Assembly: GCA_963778565.1 (NCBI GenBank)
Contig: CAVZUZ010000012.1
Coordinates: 432,578 to 496,577 of the forward strand
Reading direction: 5' to 3'
Length of the DNA: 64,000 nt
From: Thermoanaerobaculaceae bacterium
Lineage (GTDB): Bacteria > Acidobacteriota > Thermoanaerobaculia > Multivoradales > UBA5704
The notes beneath the pieces are model-generated. The model was not told the origin of the DNA. It did no database searches and was given only the letters and a program-made list of their open reading frames with translations. Positions 16,930 through 26,664 of this stretch are shown here, in pieces. The number at the start of each line of letters is the position of its first letter. Within the stretch, counting starts at the first letter, position 1. The position numbers and the translations under genes are program-made.

Positions 16930-19433
16930 TGCTCGACCTTTGGTTCGCAGCGCTCCTCGACTCCTCGCTGAAGGGGCTCGCCCTCTGTCTCGTCGCGGCA
17001 ACGGCGGCCCTCCTGCTGCGGCGGGCTTCCGCCGCCACCCGGCACCTCGTCTGGCGGCTCGCCTTTGCCGGACTGCTGGCTCTGCCGGTGTTCGCGGCGG
17101 TGCTGCCGGAGTGGCGGGTTGCGGTTCCGGTCTCCTCCATGGACCCAGCGTCGTCCGTGCCGCTGAGCCCTCACCTCCCCGGCCCTCCTCTCCCAGAGGG
17201 AGAGGAGGGAGTAGGACAGGAAAGACTCTCCTCGGTTTCCCCTCTCTCCCCCGGGGAGAGAGGGGCCAGGGGAGTGAGAGGCGGCGGCGCGAACGCCGCT
17301 GAAATGATCGAAAACGGCGGCATCGGAGCCAGCCTGCCCTCCTGGCCGGCCATCGTCTTCGGCATCTGGCTCGCGGGTGTCCTCGCGGTCCTTTCCGTCC
17401 TGGCCATCGCCTTTCTTCGCTTGCGGTGGCGACGCCGGATTGAGCGCCCGATCCTGGACGACGCCTGGGCCACTCTCCTCGACCGTCTGCGCGCAGACCT
17501 GGACATCCGCCGGCCGATCGAGCTGGTGACGGGCGGCGAAAGTGTCATGCCGATGACCTGGGGCTGGCGGCGGCCCGTCGTGATGCTGCCGGCCGGGGCC
17601 GAGGCGTGGCCCGAGCCGCGGCGCCGGGCCGTGCTCCTCCACGAGCTCGCCCACATCGCTCGCAGAGACTATCCGGCGCAGCTTGCGGCCGAGGTGGTCC
17701 GCGCCCTCTACTGGTTCAACCCCCTGGTCTGGATGGCCGCGAAGAAGCTGCGCCTGGAGAGCGAGCACGCGTGCGACGATCGGGTGCTCGCAGGGGGCGC
17801 CCGGGCCACCGACTACGCCGGCGACCTGCTGGAGATCGCCAGGTCGTTCCGCGCTCTGCGGGCCGCCGCTCCGGCCGGGCTCGCCATGGCCCGGCCCTCG
17901 CAATTGGCCGGCCGTCTCCTCGCCGTGCTCGACGGCGGGCGCAACCGGCGTGGGGTCTCGCGCCGCCTCGCTCTTCCCGCCTGGCTCGCGGCCGCCTGCG
18001 TGGTGCTCCCGCTGGCCGCGTTGGCTCCCGCCGAGGAGCCGGCGTTGGCGGCAAGCTTCCCGCCGTTGGGATCCATGACCATGGCCTCCGCGGTTTCGCC
18101 GCAAGAGGAGAACGAAGCGGCGGGCTCGGCCGGGACGACCGCGATGGATTCATCCTGGGACGGACCGGTGACGCCTCCAACGCCGCCAACACCGCCGACT
18201 CCTCCGACACCACCCATCCCTCCCACGCCGCCAACACCGCGGACGTCCCCAGCGCCTCCGGCGCCTCCCGCTCCGCCGGTACCACCGGTAGCCCGCCTGG
18301 CGCCCCCTCCAGCGCCGCCGGCCCCTCCGGCACCTCCGGCTCCACCTGCGCCGCCGGCACCGCCCGGAAACCGGTCGATCCAAATCAATTCGTACAACGA
18401 TACCGTGACCTTCGACTGGTCGCGGGACGGCCACCGGATCAAGATCCGCACGGAAGGCAAGTTCAAGCTCACCGATGACTGGACCGGCATCGCCAGCCTC
18501 TCGCGCGGCGCCGAGCTGCGGTTCGAGGAGGAAAACGGCACCGAGCGGCGCCTCGACGTCGAGCCCGGCGGCGACGGCCGTCCCGTCTATACCTGGAAGG
18601 TCGACGGCGAGAAACGCGCTTTCGATGCCGCAGGGCAGAAGTGGCTCCAGGGCATGCTGCTGCACTTCGTTCGCGGCACCGGCTATGACGCGGAGCGGCG
18701 GGTCGCCTGGTTCCTGCAGCGCCAGGGGCCGGATGGAGTCCTCGCCGAGATCTCCCAGATCCCGGGCGACTACACGAAACGGATCTATTTCCAGAAGCTC
18801 TTCGCCCACTCCGGCCTGGGAGCGGACGCCGTCGGCCGCGCCCTGGCGCAGGCGGGCCGGGAGATCCGGTCGGACTACGATCTCCGGGAGGCGCTCCTCG
18901 CCGCCGCCGGATCCCAGGAGCTCGCCGGTGCCACCGTGCTCGCCTACACCGAAGCGACGCGGGCCATCGAGTCCGACTACGACCACCGGCAGGCCCTGAC
19001 CGGACTCCTGGAGAAGGGCCGCCTCGATGCGGCCGGTCTCGCCGCGCTGCTGCGGTCGGCCCGCCAGATCGGCTCCGACTACGACCTCGCCACCCTGCTC
19101 GTGGCGGTTGCCGAGAAGAGCGCGCTCAAGGACCCCACCGTTCAGAGCGCCTATGCCGAGACCGTCAAGGAGGTCGGTTCCGACTACGATTCCCGCCGCG
19201 CCCTCTCGGCCGCCGTGCAGCGAGGGGACTTATCCCAAGATGCCTTGCTGGCGGTGCTCCGCTCGGCGCAGAACATCGGGTCCAGCTACGACCGCGCGTC
19301 GCTGCTGGTGGAGATCGCGGGCAAGTACTCCCTCTCCGGCGCGGCGCGCGATGCGTACCTCGCCGCCGCCGGATCCATCAGCTCCAGCCATGACCGCCAG
19401 CGGGCCGAGGCTGCGTTGGGACGGGGGAAGTAG
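16929..19433 (+). CDS. BlaR1-like M56 peptidase-family signal transducer with a Pro-rich linker and a C-terminal SDYD helical-repeat domain
   Basis: The zinc site is HELAHIARRD, with ALYWFNPLVWMA and EHACDD. Multiple TM segments are present. PPTPPTPP.../PPAPPAPP runs are followed by six units of about 35 aa carrying (S/G)SDYD. The gene is translationally coupled to the repressor. Confidence 0.85.
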   Translation: MLDLWFAALLDSSLKGLALCLVAATAALLLRRASAATRHLVWRLAFAGLLALPVFAAVLPEWRVAVPVSSMDPASSVPLSPHLPGPPLPEGEEGVGQERLSSVSPLSPGERGARGVRGGGANAAEMIENGGIGASLPSWPAIVFGIWLAGVLAVLSVLAIAFLRLRWRRRIERPILDDAWATLLDRLRADLDIRRPIELVTGGESVMPMTWGWRRPVVMLPAGAEAWPEPRRRAVLLHELAHIARRDYPAQLAAEVVRALYWFNPLVWMAAKKLRLESEHACDDRVLAGGARATDYAGDLLEIARSFRALRAAAPAGLAMARPSQLAGRLLAVLDGGRNRRGVSRRLALPAWLAAACVVLPLAALAPAEEPALAASFPPLGSMTMASAVSPQEENEAAGSAGTTAMDSSWDGPVTPPTPPTPPTPPTPPIPPTPPTPRTSPAPPAPPAPPVPPVARLAPPPAPPAPPAPPAPPAPPAPPGNRSIQINSYNDTVTFDWSRDGHRIKIRTEGKFKLTDDWTGIASLSRGAELRFEEENGTERRLDVEPGGDGRPVYTWKVDGEKRAFDAAGQKWLQGMLLHFVRGTGYDAERRVAWFLQRQGPDGVLAEISQIPGDYTKRIYFQKLFAHSGLGADAVGRALAQAGREIRSDYDLREALLAAAGSQELAGATVLAYTEATRAIESDYDHRQALTGLLEKGRLDAAGLAALLRSARQIGSDYDLATLLVAVAEKSALKDPTVQSAYAETVKEVGSDYDSRRALSAAVQRGDLSQDALLAVLRSAQNIGSSYDRASLLVEIAGKYSLSGAARDAYLAAAGSISSSHDRQRAEAALGRGK
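17167..17282. repeat. Type B palindromic repeat copy lying inside the BlaR1-like CDS with the frame still open
   Basis: GCCCTCACCTCCCCGGCCCTCCTCTCCCAGAGGGAGAGGAGGGAG...CCCCTCTCTCCCCCGGGGAGAGAGGGGCCAGGGGAGTGAGAGGC. It translates as ..SPHLPGPPLPEGEEGVGQERLSSVSPLSPGERGARGVRGG.. in the loop between TM2 and TM3. Confidence 0.8.
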
Positions 19434-19450
19434 GGGCTCCGAGACGCCAG

Positions 19451-19855
19451 ATCAAGCTTGAGGCGATATACGGAAGCTTGAACCGCCTCGCTGCAGGCTC
19501 GAGGCGTGACGATTCAAGCTCGAGCTGCCACGATTCAAGCTTGATCCGGCTCCGGCAAGCTTGCGACGCCAGAACCCAAGCTTGAGGCGGCGCGGTTCAA
19601 GCTTGATTCTCCCGCCGCAAGCTTGCATCGTGCGGGATCAAGCTTGAGCTCGCCGGCTCAATCTCGACCCGAGGCGATTCAGGCTTGCCGGGTCCCGCCT
19701 CAAAGCTTCCCGGTGATGGTCCAAGCTCTGGCCGTGGCGATGCAAGCTTCCCCCGAGACGCCGCAAGCTTGAAACGGCGCCGGCAAGCTCGAGGTGAGGC
19801 AGCTCGAGCTTGGAACGCTATGCCTCAAGGTTGCCGCGAGCGAGATCAAGCATGG
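19451..19855. repeat. Phased array of 20 palindromic CAAGCTTG cores at 20-22 bp spacing with variable spacers
   Basis: AAGCTT-type hexamers lie at 19454, 19474, 19495, 19516, 19537, 19557, 19578, 19599, 19619, 19640, 19660, 19681, 19703, 19723, 19744, 19765, 19785, 19806, 19827 and 19848. Eleven are perfect AAGCTT and nine have 1-2 mismatches. Several extend to the 10-bp palindrome TCAAGCTTGA. Confidence 0.95.
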
Positions 19856-19898
19856 GCGCACCTCCAAGCCGATCGAGTCTGCATGCTATGCTCTCCTC

Positions 19899-20027
19899 AT
19901 GACGCTGGACGAATGGCTCGACGGTCTGAGCCGCCTGATATCCGTCTCGCTTTCCGACCCGGCAGCCGAGGCCGTTCGCGAGGCTCGCGAGGCTGACGAC
20001 GCCGCGCTGGTCGAGGCTCTCAAATGA
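19899..20027 (+). CDS. Possible tiny ORF (42 aa) upstream of, and overlapping, the RHH gene
   Basis: MTLDEWLDGLSRLISVSLSDPAAEAVREAREADDAALVEALK. Its stop overlaps the next ATG (ATGA). No clear SD was seen. The longer GTG-initiated version (19794) runs through the repeat array. Confidence 0.3.
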   Translation: MTLDEWLDGLSRLISVSLSDPAAEAVREAREADDAALVEALK

Positions 20028-20179
20028 AGATCACCATTGCCCTGCCGGATGACATCGCCGAGAGAGTTTGCCGCCTCCCGGATCGCGACGAGTTCGTAGC
20101 TCGTGCGGTGGAGGCGGCCTTTGCTCGGGAACGGTCGCTTCCCCCACGACGAAAGCTGATGCGCTATCTCCTCGATTAG
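20024..20179 (+). CDS. Small ribbon-helix-helix (CopG/antitoxin-like) DNA-binding protein, 51 aa (below the ORF-track cutoff)
   Basis: MKITIALPDDIAERVCRLPDRDEFVARAVEAAFARE is a typical RHH N-terminal strand + helix pattern. GAGG lies 7 nt upstream of the ATG at 20024. The stop is TAG at 20177..20179. Confidence 0.55.
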   Translation: MKITIALPDDIAERVCRLPDRDEFVARAVEAAFARERSLPPRRKLMRYLLD

Positions 20180-20191
20180 CCGTCGCTGTAT

Positions 20192-22344
20192 CTACCTCGC
20201 CAGCAAACTCTTCCCATCCAGGTTCGTCGTCGGCTTGACCCCGTACAGATCGAGGATCGTCGGCATCACGTCGCCCATGTAGGCGCCGGCCGGGGCGTTC
20301 AGCTTGAGGCTGCTGAAGAGGATGCCCTGGACGAGCGGCGGATAGACGGAGCAGTGGTCGCCGCTCCAGATCTCGGTGTTGGGCTCGACGACCGTCTTGG
20401 CGATGCCGCCCAGGCTGTCCTGCCAGCCGACGCGGTAGCCCTCGCTGTTGGAGGGGATGAGGTCCGGGATCAGCACCGGATCGTAGACGCCCTCGTAGGC
20501 CTCGTCGCGGGTGAAGACGTGCGCCACCGGCTGCTCGCCCGTCTCTTCGTCAACGAAGGACTCGAGCCCCGCCTTGATCGCGGCCACCACCTGCTCGTAC
20601 TCCGCGCCCGGCTTGACGATCCCCTTCTCCTCGCGGCCCTGGAGATTGATGTAGATCTGCCCCAGGCCGAGGGCGTAGGCCCGGGTCTTCGACCAGTCGA
20701 CGTTGGTGAAGAAGTCGCCCTGGTCGAAGAGGTCTTCGAGGTTCTTCCGCGCGGCGTCCTCGCCGGTCAGGCTCATGAAGCCGTTCTTCGCCAGCCAGGT
20801 GTTGTAGTTCATGCTGCGGCGGAAGGAGGCGAAGCCGTGGTCGGAGACGATCATGAGGGCCGCCTCCGGCCGCTTGCGCATCACCTCGCCGACGATGCGG
20901 TCCATCTCCTGGTAGGACTGGAGGATCGAGCCGCCCCACTTCGCCGCCCCCTCCGCGGTGTAGAGCGGGTGCTTGGGATCGAAGAAGCGGAACATCATGT
21001 GCTGCACCCGGTCGGTGAACTCGAAGTAGTGCACCAGCACGTCCCAGTCGTCCTGGGCAAGCAGGCCGTCGAGGATCTCCTTATCCTTGTCCACCGTCAT
21101 CTTCACGTCGTCGAGGAAGGTCTGCTCGTCCGACCGTGCCGTTGGTGATCGACCAGGTGTCGATCATCCAGCCCAGGGTCTTGAACAGGCCGTGCTCGTG
21201 GGTCAGCTCGCCGACGAAGCCGGCCGGCGTGGTGATGTCGAAGCCCGGCGGCAGGTTCTCCGGATCGAACTGGATCGGCGCCGAGGTAGAGCCGCACCTC
21301 GGGATCGATGGACAGCAGCTTGAACCGGCCGATGCCCTTGAGCTTGATGAGCGAATTGAAGGGGAAGGTGAAGCGCACCCAGTCGCTCCACTCGCCCCGG
21401 CTTCAAGCTGAGGTCGTTACCGGAGACCTGGATGCGGACGTTCGAGCGGTCCTCGGCGACGGTGAGGACCATGGGGATCTTGATGTACTCGAGCCCCTCC
21501 TCTCCCGGGAACAGCTCGTTCGGCGGCCCCTTGATCTCGGTCTCGATGGTGCCGCGGTTGTCCACCAGCTCGACGACTTCGACCTAGAAGTCGCCGCCTC
21601 CCTTGGGGGTGAAGAACAGCTCCGAGGTGAAGTAGAACGGCTTGCCGATGCGCCCCGATAGGTCCGGCACGCCGAGACCCGAGAGCAGCTCGCCGTGCTC
21701 GAAACCCTTGGGCGGAAAGGTGACCGGGATGCGCATCACCCGCACCCGCTTGCCCGCCTGTCCGAGCAGCTTCCAGAAGGTGTCGCCCTGCTGGTTGTTG
21801 ATGGCGATCGGCCGGGACTTGGGCAGCAGGTTGTCCGCAGCGAGCCCCGAGCCGACGCCTGCGGCGATTCCCAGGACCAGCGCGACGGCCGCGGCCACCG
21901 TCCACCGCAGCCGGAACAGCTTGAGGATCAGGAGGAAGAGGAGCGCCACGACAGCGGCGGCGATCAGCCCCGTCATCCAGCCGTTGTTCTCGCCGAAGAG
22001 GAAGACCTCCTTGCCCTCTTCCGCCGCCGCGAAAGCCGGCTTGTAAGTCCGCGGGGTTGCGCTTCAGGAAGTCGAAGATGCCGTGCCGCCCCGGATTCAG
22101 GCCGGTCGCGAAGGTGGACCAGGAGACCGGGCGTCTGCGACGGGATCGTCGGCCGCAGCGGCGAAAAGGTCCCTTGAGCGCGCAGCTTGGCGAGGTTCGG
22201 CAGCTTGCCCTCGTCCATCCACTGCTCGGTGAGCTTGGCGTCGGCGCCGTCGAAGCCGAGGATGATCAGCTTCTGCGCGGGCTGCTGCGCGGCCAGGGGC
22301 ACGGCCAGGATGAGAAGGGCGAGCGAGCAGATCGCGTATTTCAT
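20192..22344 (-). pseudogene. Type I phosphodiesterase / nucleotide pyrophosphatase (alkaline-phosphatase superfamily), heavily disrupted
   Basis: Homology is readable through at least 6 segments: signal peptide + LIILGFDGAD..PSQTP | VSWSTFATGLNPGRHGIFDF | TM + ..VPDLSGRIGKPFYF | EVVELVDN.. | ..FTFPFNSLIKLKG.. | PIQFDPENLPPGFDI.. | ..IVSDHGF... Frame shifts lie near 22135, 22052, 21395, 21285 and 21128. There is an in-frame TAG at 21584..21586. Confidence 0.8.
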
Positions 22345-22425
22345 GATCTATATAAATTTTCCTGAGTCTGAGGGTTCAACGGGAGAGGCATTGTAGCGTA
22401 ACCGAGGCGCACCTGGCGGCGGTCC

Positions 22426-23613
22426 TCACATCCCGTTGTGGACGGTCACTGAGGTGAACCCGTCCGTCTCCACCACCAAGTCCGGATTTCCGTTCTGGGC
22501 CAGCATTCGCCTCACGAGACGAATACCGCGGCCGAGTTGTTCGACGTAGCCCAGCTCCACAAGCCATCTTGTGATGGTGGGATTGCGATAATCCGCGTGG
22601 CGACCGAACTCCCCTTCGCTGGCCTGGCCAAAAGGTCCACCAGGGTTTGAGAATGCAATGCGGTTGTTGAACCACTCGACCCTTCCGGGTGCGTGAGTGC
22701 CCTCGTACAGGCGATGTTGGACCAGGTTGCGGGCCAGCTCCCGAAGAGCCTCCAGGGGATACTCGGGCCGATAGAGAGTCCGTATACCCTCGGCTGAGGC
22801 CGGGATACTGACGAGATGGGCGTTGAGCTGCGCCCAGAGCGCTTCGAGTTGTTGAGGTATCGTTCCGTCAACGCTCTTGCGGACGGCGACGGCGGCGTCC
22901 ACCTCGGTGCCCCGGTAGCGTACGAACTCGACCACGGCCCCGGGGAAGAAAGCTTGCGGGTTTTCGCCGAATAGCAGCAGCGCTGCAGCGTTAGGAGTCC
23001 AGGTTCCTTCGACCGTGCGCCCCAAGTCCTTACGGGACAACCAGGCCTCGATTCCGGGGAAACTTTCGGGATCGTGATTGGCCTCCTTGGCGGCCTCATA
23101 CATCGGCCGCAATACAGTCTGTCGCAGGTCCTCTAGGGTGGCTCCATGAACAAGGCGGTAGTCGAAGGGCTGGCGGTTCTCCGGCCGCCTCTCGCGAAGC
23201 CGAAGAAGATCCGATTCACGAGCCCGCTCGGTGACCGTGCCTCTGCGGATCCATGCCGTGCCATCCACAGCCACGACGGGGGGGACGGGATAGGGATCAA
23301 TCCTTACCACGAGCACGGTCTTGCCGTCTTGTTCCACCGGCTCCATGCTGTATGTGGGAGTCGGCAACAGTCTGATCGATGAGAGGCGGCTCGCCAGCTT
23401 CTGCTGTTCATCATCGAGATCCCCCTGAAGACCGACGATCCTCCCGTCGTCGGCAAGTCCCAGGACGACAAAACCTGGTCTGCGGCTGTCTCCCAGGTCA
23501 TTGGCCAAGGCACAGACGGCGTGGAGAATACCGTTCACGTCTGCCGTGGATTGTTTCCACTCGACGCGCTCGCTCTCTCCTGCCAGAACTTCAGCGCTCT
23601 CTTTTAGTGTCAT
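22426..23613 (-). CDS. AlbA_2 (Schlafen-like) + HATPase_c_4 domain protein (COG2865-type putative regulator)
   Basis: ESERVEWKQS...ILHAVCALANDLGD...GFVVLGLADDGRIVG is AlbA_2/divergent-AAA-like. The C-terminal ..NLVQHRLYEG...YRNPTITRWLVELGYVEQLGRGIRLV is HATPase_c_4/HTH-like. Confidence 0.75.
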   Translation of the reverse strand: MTLKESAEVLAGESERVEWKQSTADVNGILHAVCALANDLGDSRRPGFVVLGLADDGRIVGLQGDLDDEQQKLASRLSSIRLLPTPTYSMEPVEQDGKTVLVVRIDPYPVPPVVAVDGTAWIRRGTVTERARESDLLRLRERRPENRQPFDYRLVHGATLEDLRQTVLRPMYEAAKEANHDPESFPGIEAWLSRKDLGRTVEGTWTPNAAALLLFGENPQAFFPGAVVEFVRYRGTEVDAAVAVRKSVDGTIPQQLEALWAQLNAHLVSIPASAEGIRTLYRPEYPLEALRELARNLVQHRLYEGTHAPGRVEWFNNRIAFSNPGGPFGQASEGEFGRHADYRNPTITRWLVELGYVEQLGRGIRLVRRMLAQNGNPDLVVETDGFTSVTVHNGM

Positions 23614-23727
23614 GACTCAGCCACCGACACCTTCTACCACAGACTACCAAACCGCCGCCGCAGATACCCCTGGCGCAACCTGTCCATTCGTGTCAGCGTA
23701 TGGAGTCCAGACCCGAACGAGATCTCC

Positions 23728-26069
23728 GTGAAGCCGCGCTACGAAAGCACCCGCCTCCTTGCCGCCCTGATCCTTGGAGCCCTGGTGTTCGCGGCCGGCA
23801 TTGCGCTGGCGCGGGCCTGGCTGCCCGAGTGGCAGGCCGGCGAGCTGCCGAGCCGGCAGGCTTTCGTCGACCGCTACCGCGAGCTGGCCCGGCGGGCGGG
23901 GGTCCGGCTGCCTGCGACCGAGCCGCGGGTCACCTTCGGCGGACGAGACGACGACTTGAAGCTCGACGACGACGTCATAGACCGGCTGGGCCCCAGCCGC
24001 GCCGCCGCCGTGGGGGCCGGAGTGCTGGTCGAGGTGAAGCAGGAAGGAGCACCGCCCGCCACAGGGGCTAAACCGCGGGAGCTTCTCATTCGCTTTCTGC
24101 CCTCTGGAGACCCCCTCTTCATTCGCTGGGCCCATCAAGCGGAGATCTTGAAGGGCGCTCTGGAGAAGGAACCTGCACCCTCGGCCGCCGTACAGGCTCG
24201 TTTTTCGCGGCTGCTGCTCCGGCCCGGCGAACGCTTCGGTTCGGCCAGCCACGGCGGTGCCGGCGGGCCGGGCACCAAGGTGACCGTCAACGGCGAGCCC
24301 AAAGCCGAAGATTTCATGGGAACCACCTATCCCGTGCTCGGCAGCGACCCTCCCCAGTACGTCTTCGTAATCGGGGCGCCGGGCGGTGCCTTGCGGTTGG
24401 CGCGCAAGCCCACCGAGTCCAAAGGTGACGATGACGAAGGGGAGCTTCTGAGGTCGCCGAGTTCTTTCTCCTGGTCTTGCCGATGATCGTCGGAGTCCTG
24501 GCCGTGCTCGTGCTCTTTTTCGTGTTGCTGGGGAGACGCCAGATCGACTTCGTGAACGGAGGCCTGCTGGCGGGCGTCGTTCTGGTGACGGCGGCAGTCG
24601 CTTGCCTGGCCGGCGACTGGAGCTGGCTGGGAGCCTTACAGGTGGTCGGCGCCGCGTTTCTTGCTTTGTGGGTCTTCCTCGTATGGTCTACCGGTGAGTC
24701 GTTCCTGCGCTCCGTGCAAACGGGCCTCACCCTGGGCCTGGATACTCTCCGCACCGGCCGGCTCGGACCGCGCGGCGGCCAGGCTCTGCTCCATGGTGTC
24801 GCGACGGGAGCGTTCCTGGCCGGCCTGCGTCTCGCAGTGCTGGCGCTGGCCTCGCATCTTCCCCGAGCCTGGCCGGAAGGGAACAGCGTCCGGCTTCCCC
24901 CTTTCGGCGCTCAGACCCCGTTCAACAGCGGCGTCCTCATGGCCGGTGGAGTCGCCCTGGCGATGGGGATCGCCTACCGCTTGCTGCCGGCGCGCTGGGC
25001 ACCCTGGGCAGCGGCACTCGGCGTCGGGCTCGCCTTTCCTTTCGCTGCCAGCGAGCCGCCCTGGCTTCACGCCGTCGCGGGCGTAATCGCCTGCGGCACC
25101 CTCGTCTTCCTATGCCGCCAGGCCGGCTTGGCCGCCAGCCTCGCCGCGGCGCTCTCGGCGTTCCTGCTGCAGGCGGCGGCCTTCTCGGCGATGCACCTCA
25201 CCTGGCTCCCCTTCACCTTCACCGCCGCGGCGGGGATTCCTGCCCTCTTTCTGGCGCTGGGATTCGTGGGCCTGCGCCGGCCGCCTCAGGCGGAGCTGGA
25301 ACGGATCAAGCCGCCGGCGTTCATGAAGCGCCTCGAAGGCGAACGGCGGCTGAAGTACGAGATGGACCTCCTCTCCCGCATGCAGCTCGGCCTGCTGCCC
25401 GCGAAGCTGCCCGAGATCGCGGGATGGGAGATCGCCGCCCGCTCGCTCCTCGCCACGGAGGCCGGCGGCGATCTCTATGATTTTCTGCGGGATGACGAGG
25501 AACGCCTCTGGATCGCCGCCGGCGACGTGGCCGGCCACGGCTACTCTTGCTCCATCGCCCACGCGATGACCTCCGCGGCCCTGGCCAGCCTGATCGGCGC
25601 CGAGAAGACTCCGGCCGAAGTACTGGCAGGGGTGGACCGGGTCATCCGGCGGGCCTCGCAACGGAACTTCACTTCGCTGGCGCTGGTCCGTCTCGACCCC
25701 CGCACCGGCGAGGCGCTGATGAGCAACGCCGGCCACCCCTTTCCCCTGCTGCTGCTGGGGGCCGCCGGCGTCGAAGAGATCGATCTGCCCGGCCTGCCGC
25801 TGGGACAAGGCCCGCCCCGCACGTACGCCGACTTGCGCTTCGAGATTCCGCCGGGAAGCAGCCTCATCATCTGCTCGGACGGACTCTTCGAGGCCGCGGA
25901 CGCGAGAGAGAACCTCTACGGCTATGAACATCCGCGAGAGTTCCTCGGCTCCCTGGGCGACCGGTCCGCCGCCGAGATCCTGGAGCGGCTGTTCGCGGAC
26001 TGGCGCCGCCACCTGGGTGCGGAGGAGCACCAGGACGATACGACGGTGGTGGTGGTGAAGCGGATCTAA
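23728..26069 (+). CDS. Polytopic membrane SpoIIE/PP2C-family phosphatase. The frame is broken near 24455 (ORFs 23728..24486 and 24477..26069).
   Basis: PP2C/SpoIIE motifs are GGDLYDF, AAGDVAGHGYS, SNAGHPFPLL, ICSDGLFEA and QDDTTVVVVK. At least 8 TM segments lie upstream. The N-terminal 250-aa ORF runs into ..EVAEFFLLVLPMIVGVLAVL after a 1-nt shift. Confidence 0.8.
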
Positions 26070-26073
26070 GCCG

Positions 26074-26340
26074 TCAGGAATGCGTCTCGGCCAGCTTCTC
26101 GCGTAGGAGGTCGTTGACGAGAGACTCCGAAGAAACATGCCGAGAGCGTGCGATCTTCGAAATCTCCCCTGCGAGGTCCTCATCGAGACTAACCAGATGC
26201 TTACGCCGGCGTATGTCGATGTCGAAGTCCGCTTCCGGCATCTGATCCCAATACTCTCCCATATCGTGCGTATCGAAAAACTCCACGAGCTCGGCGAGCG
26301 AGTCCGTCCGCGGTAAGGCGTTCTTCTTATTTGCGGCCAT
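26074..26340 (-). CDS. brnA: BrnA-type (CopG-like) antitoxin
   Basis: ..LVEFFDTHDMGEYWDQMPEADFDID..KHLVSLDEDLAGEISKIARSRHVSSESLVNDLLREKL has the BrnA layout. It overlaps the upstream toxin gene by 14 nt. Confidence 0.75.
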   Translation of the reverse strand: MAANKKNALPRTDSLAELVEFFDTHDMGEYWDQMPEADFDIDIRRRKHLVSLDEDLAGEISKIARSRHVSSESLVNDLLREKLAETHS

Positions 26341-26611
26341 AACTCCTCCGCTCCTTGTCGGCCATGTCTCGAGCGCTCAGAGGGATCACTTCTCCGTTTC
26401 CTTTGTCGATGAACAGGATGGCGAGGTACCGTCCGGCATCAGTCCGACCCAGTGCCATGTAAACGTCCTCCCCCTCGCGCCTTCCCTTCTCGATGCGTCG
26501 TATCTTGGGCTTGTTGCTGAGTGCCTCCTCGACCTCGAACGTCTCAACGCCATGTTTGCTGGCTATCTTGTCAACGAACGCTCTGAGCCAGATGACCTCG
26601 TCAATTTTCAT
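26327..26611 (-). CDS. brnT: BrnT-family (DUF497) toxin, 94 aa
   Basis: MKIDEVIWLRAFVDKIASKHGVETFEVEEAL...GEDVYMALGRTDAGRYLAILFIDKGNGEVIPLSARDMADKERRSY. The ATG is at 26611. The ORF-track entry 26327..27739 is an artefactual extension through the antisense of the AAA+ gene. Confidence 0.75.
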   Translation of the reverse strand: MKIDEVIWLRAFVDKIASKHGVETFEVEEALSNKPKIRRIEKGRREGEDVYMALGRTDAGRYLAILFIDKGNGEVIPLSARDMADKERRSYGRK

Positions 26612-26664
26612 GCCGGATGGCGCCGCCTCATACGTGGGAGTAGCCGACTCTGGCTCTGCTGAGC

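Noticed and set aside
19451-19855. CRISPR array
   Set aside because: Only an 8-10-bp core is conserved and the period is about 21 bp in total. There are no 25-40-bp repeats alternating with unique spacers, and no cas genes in the window.
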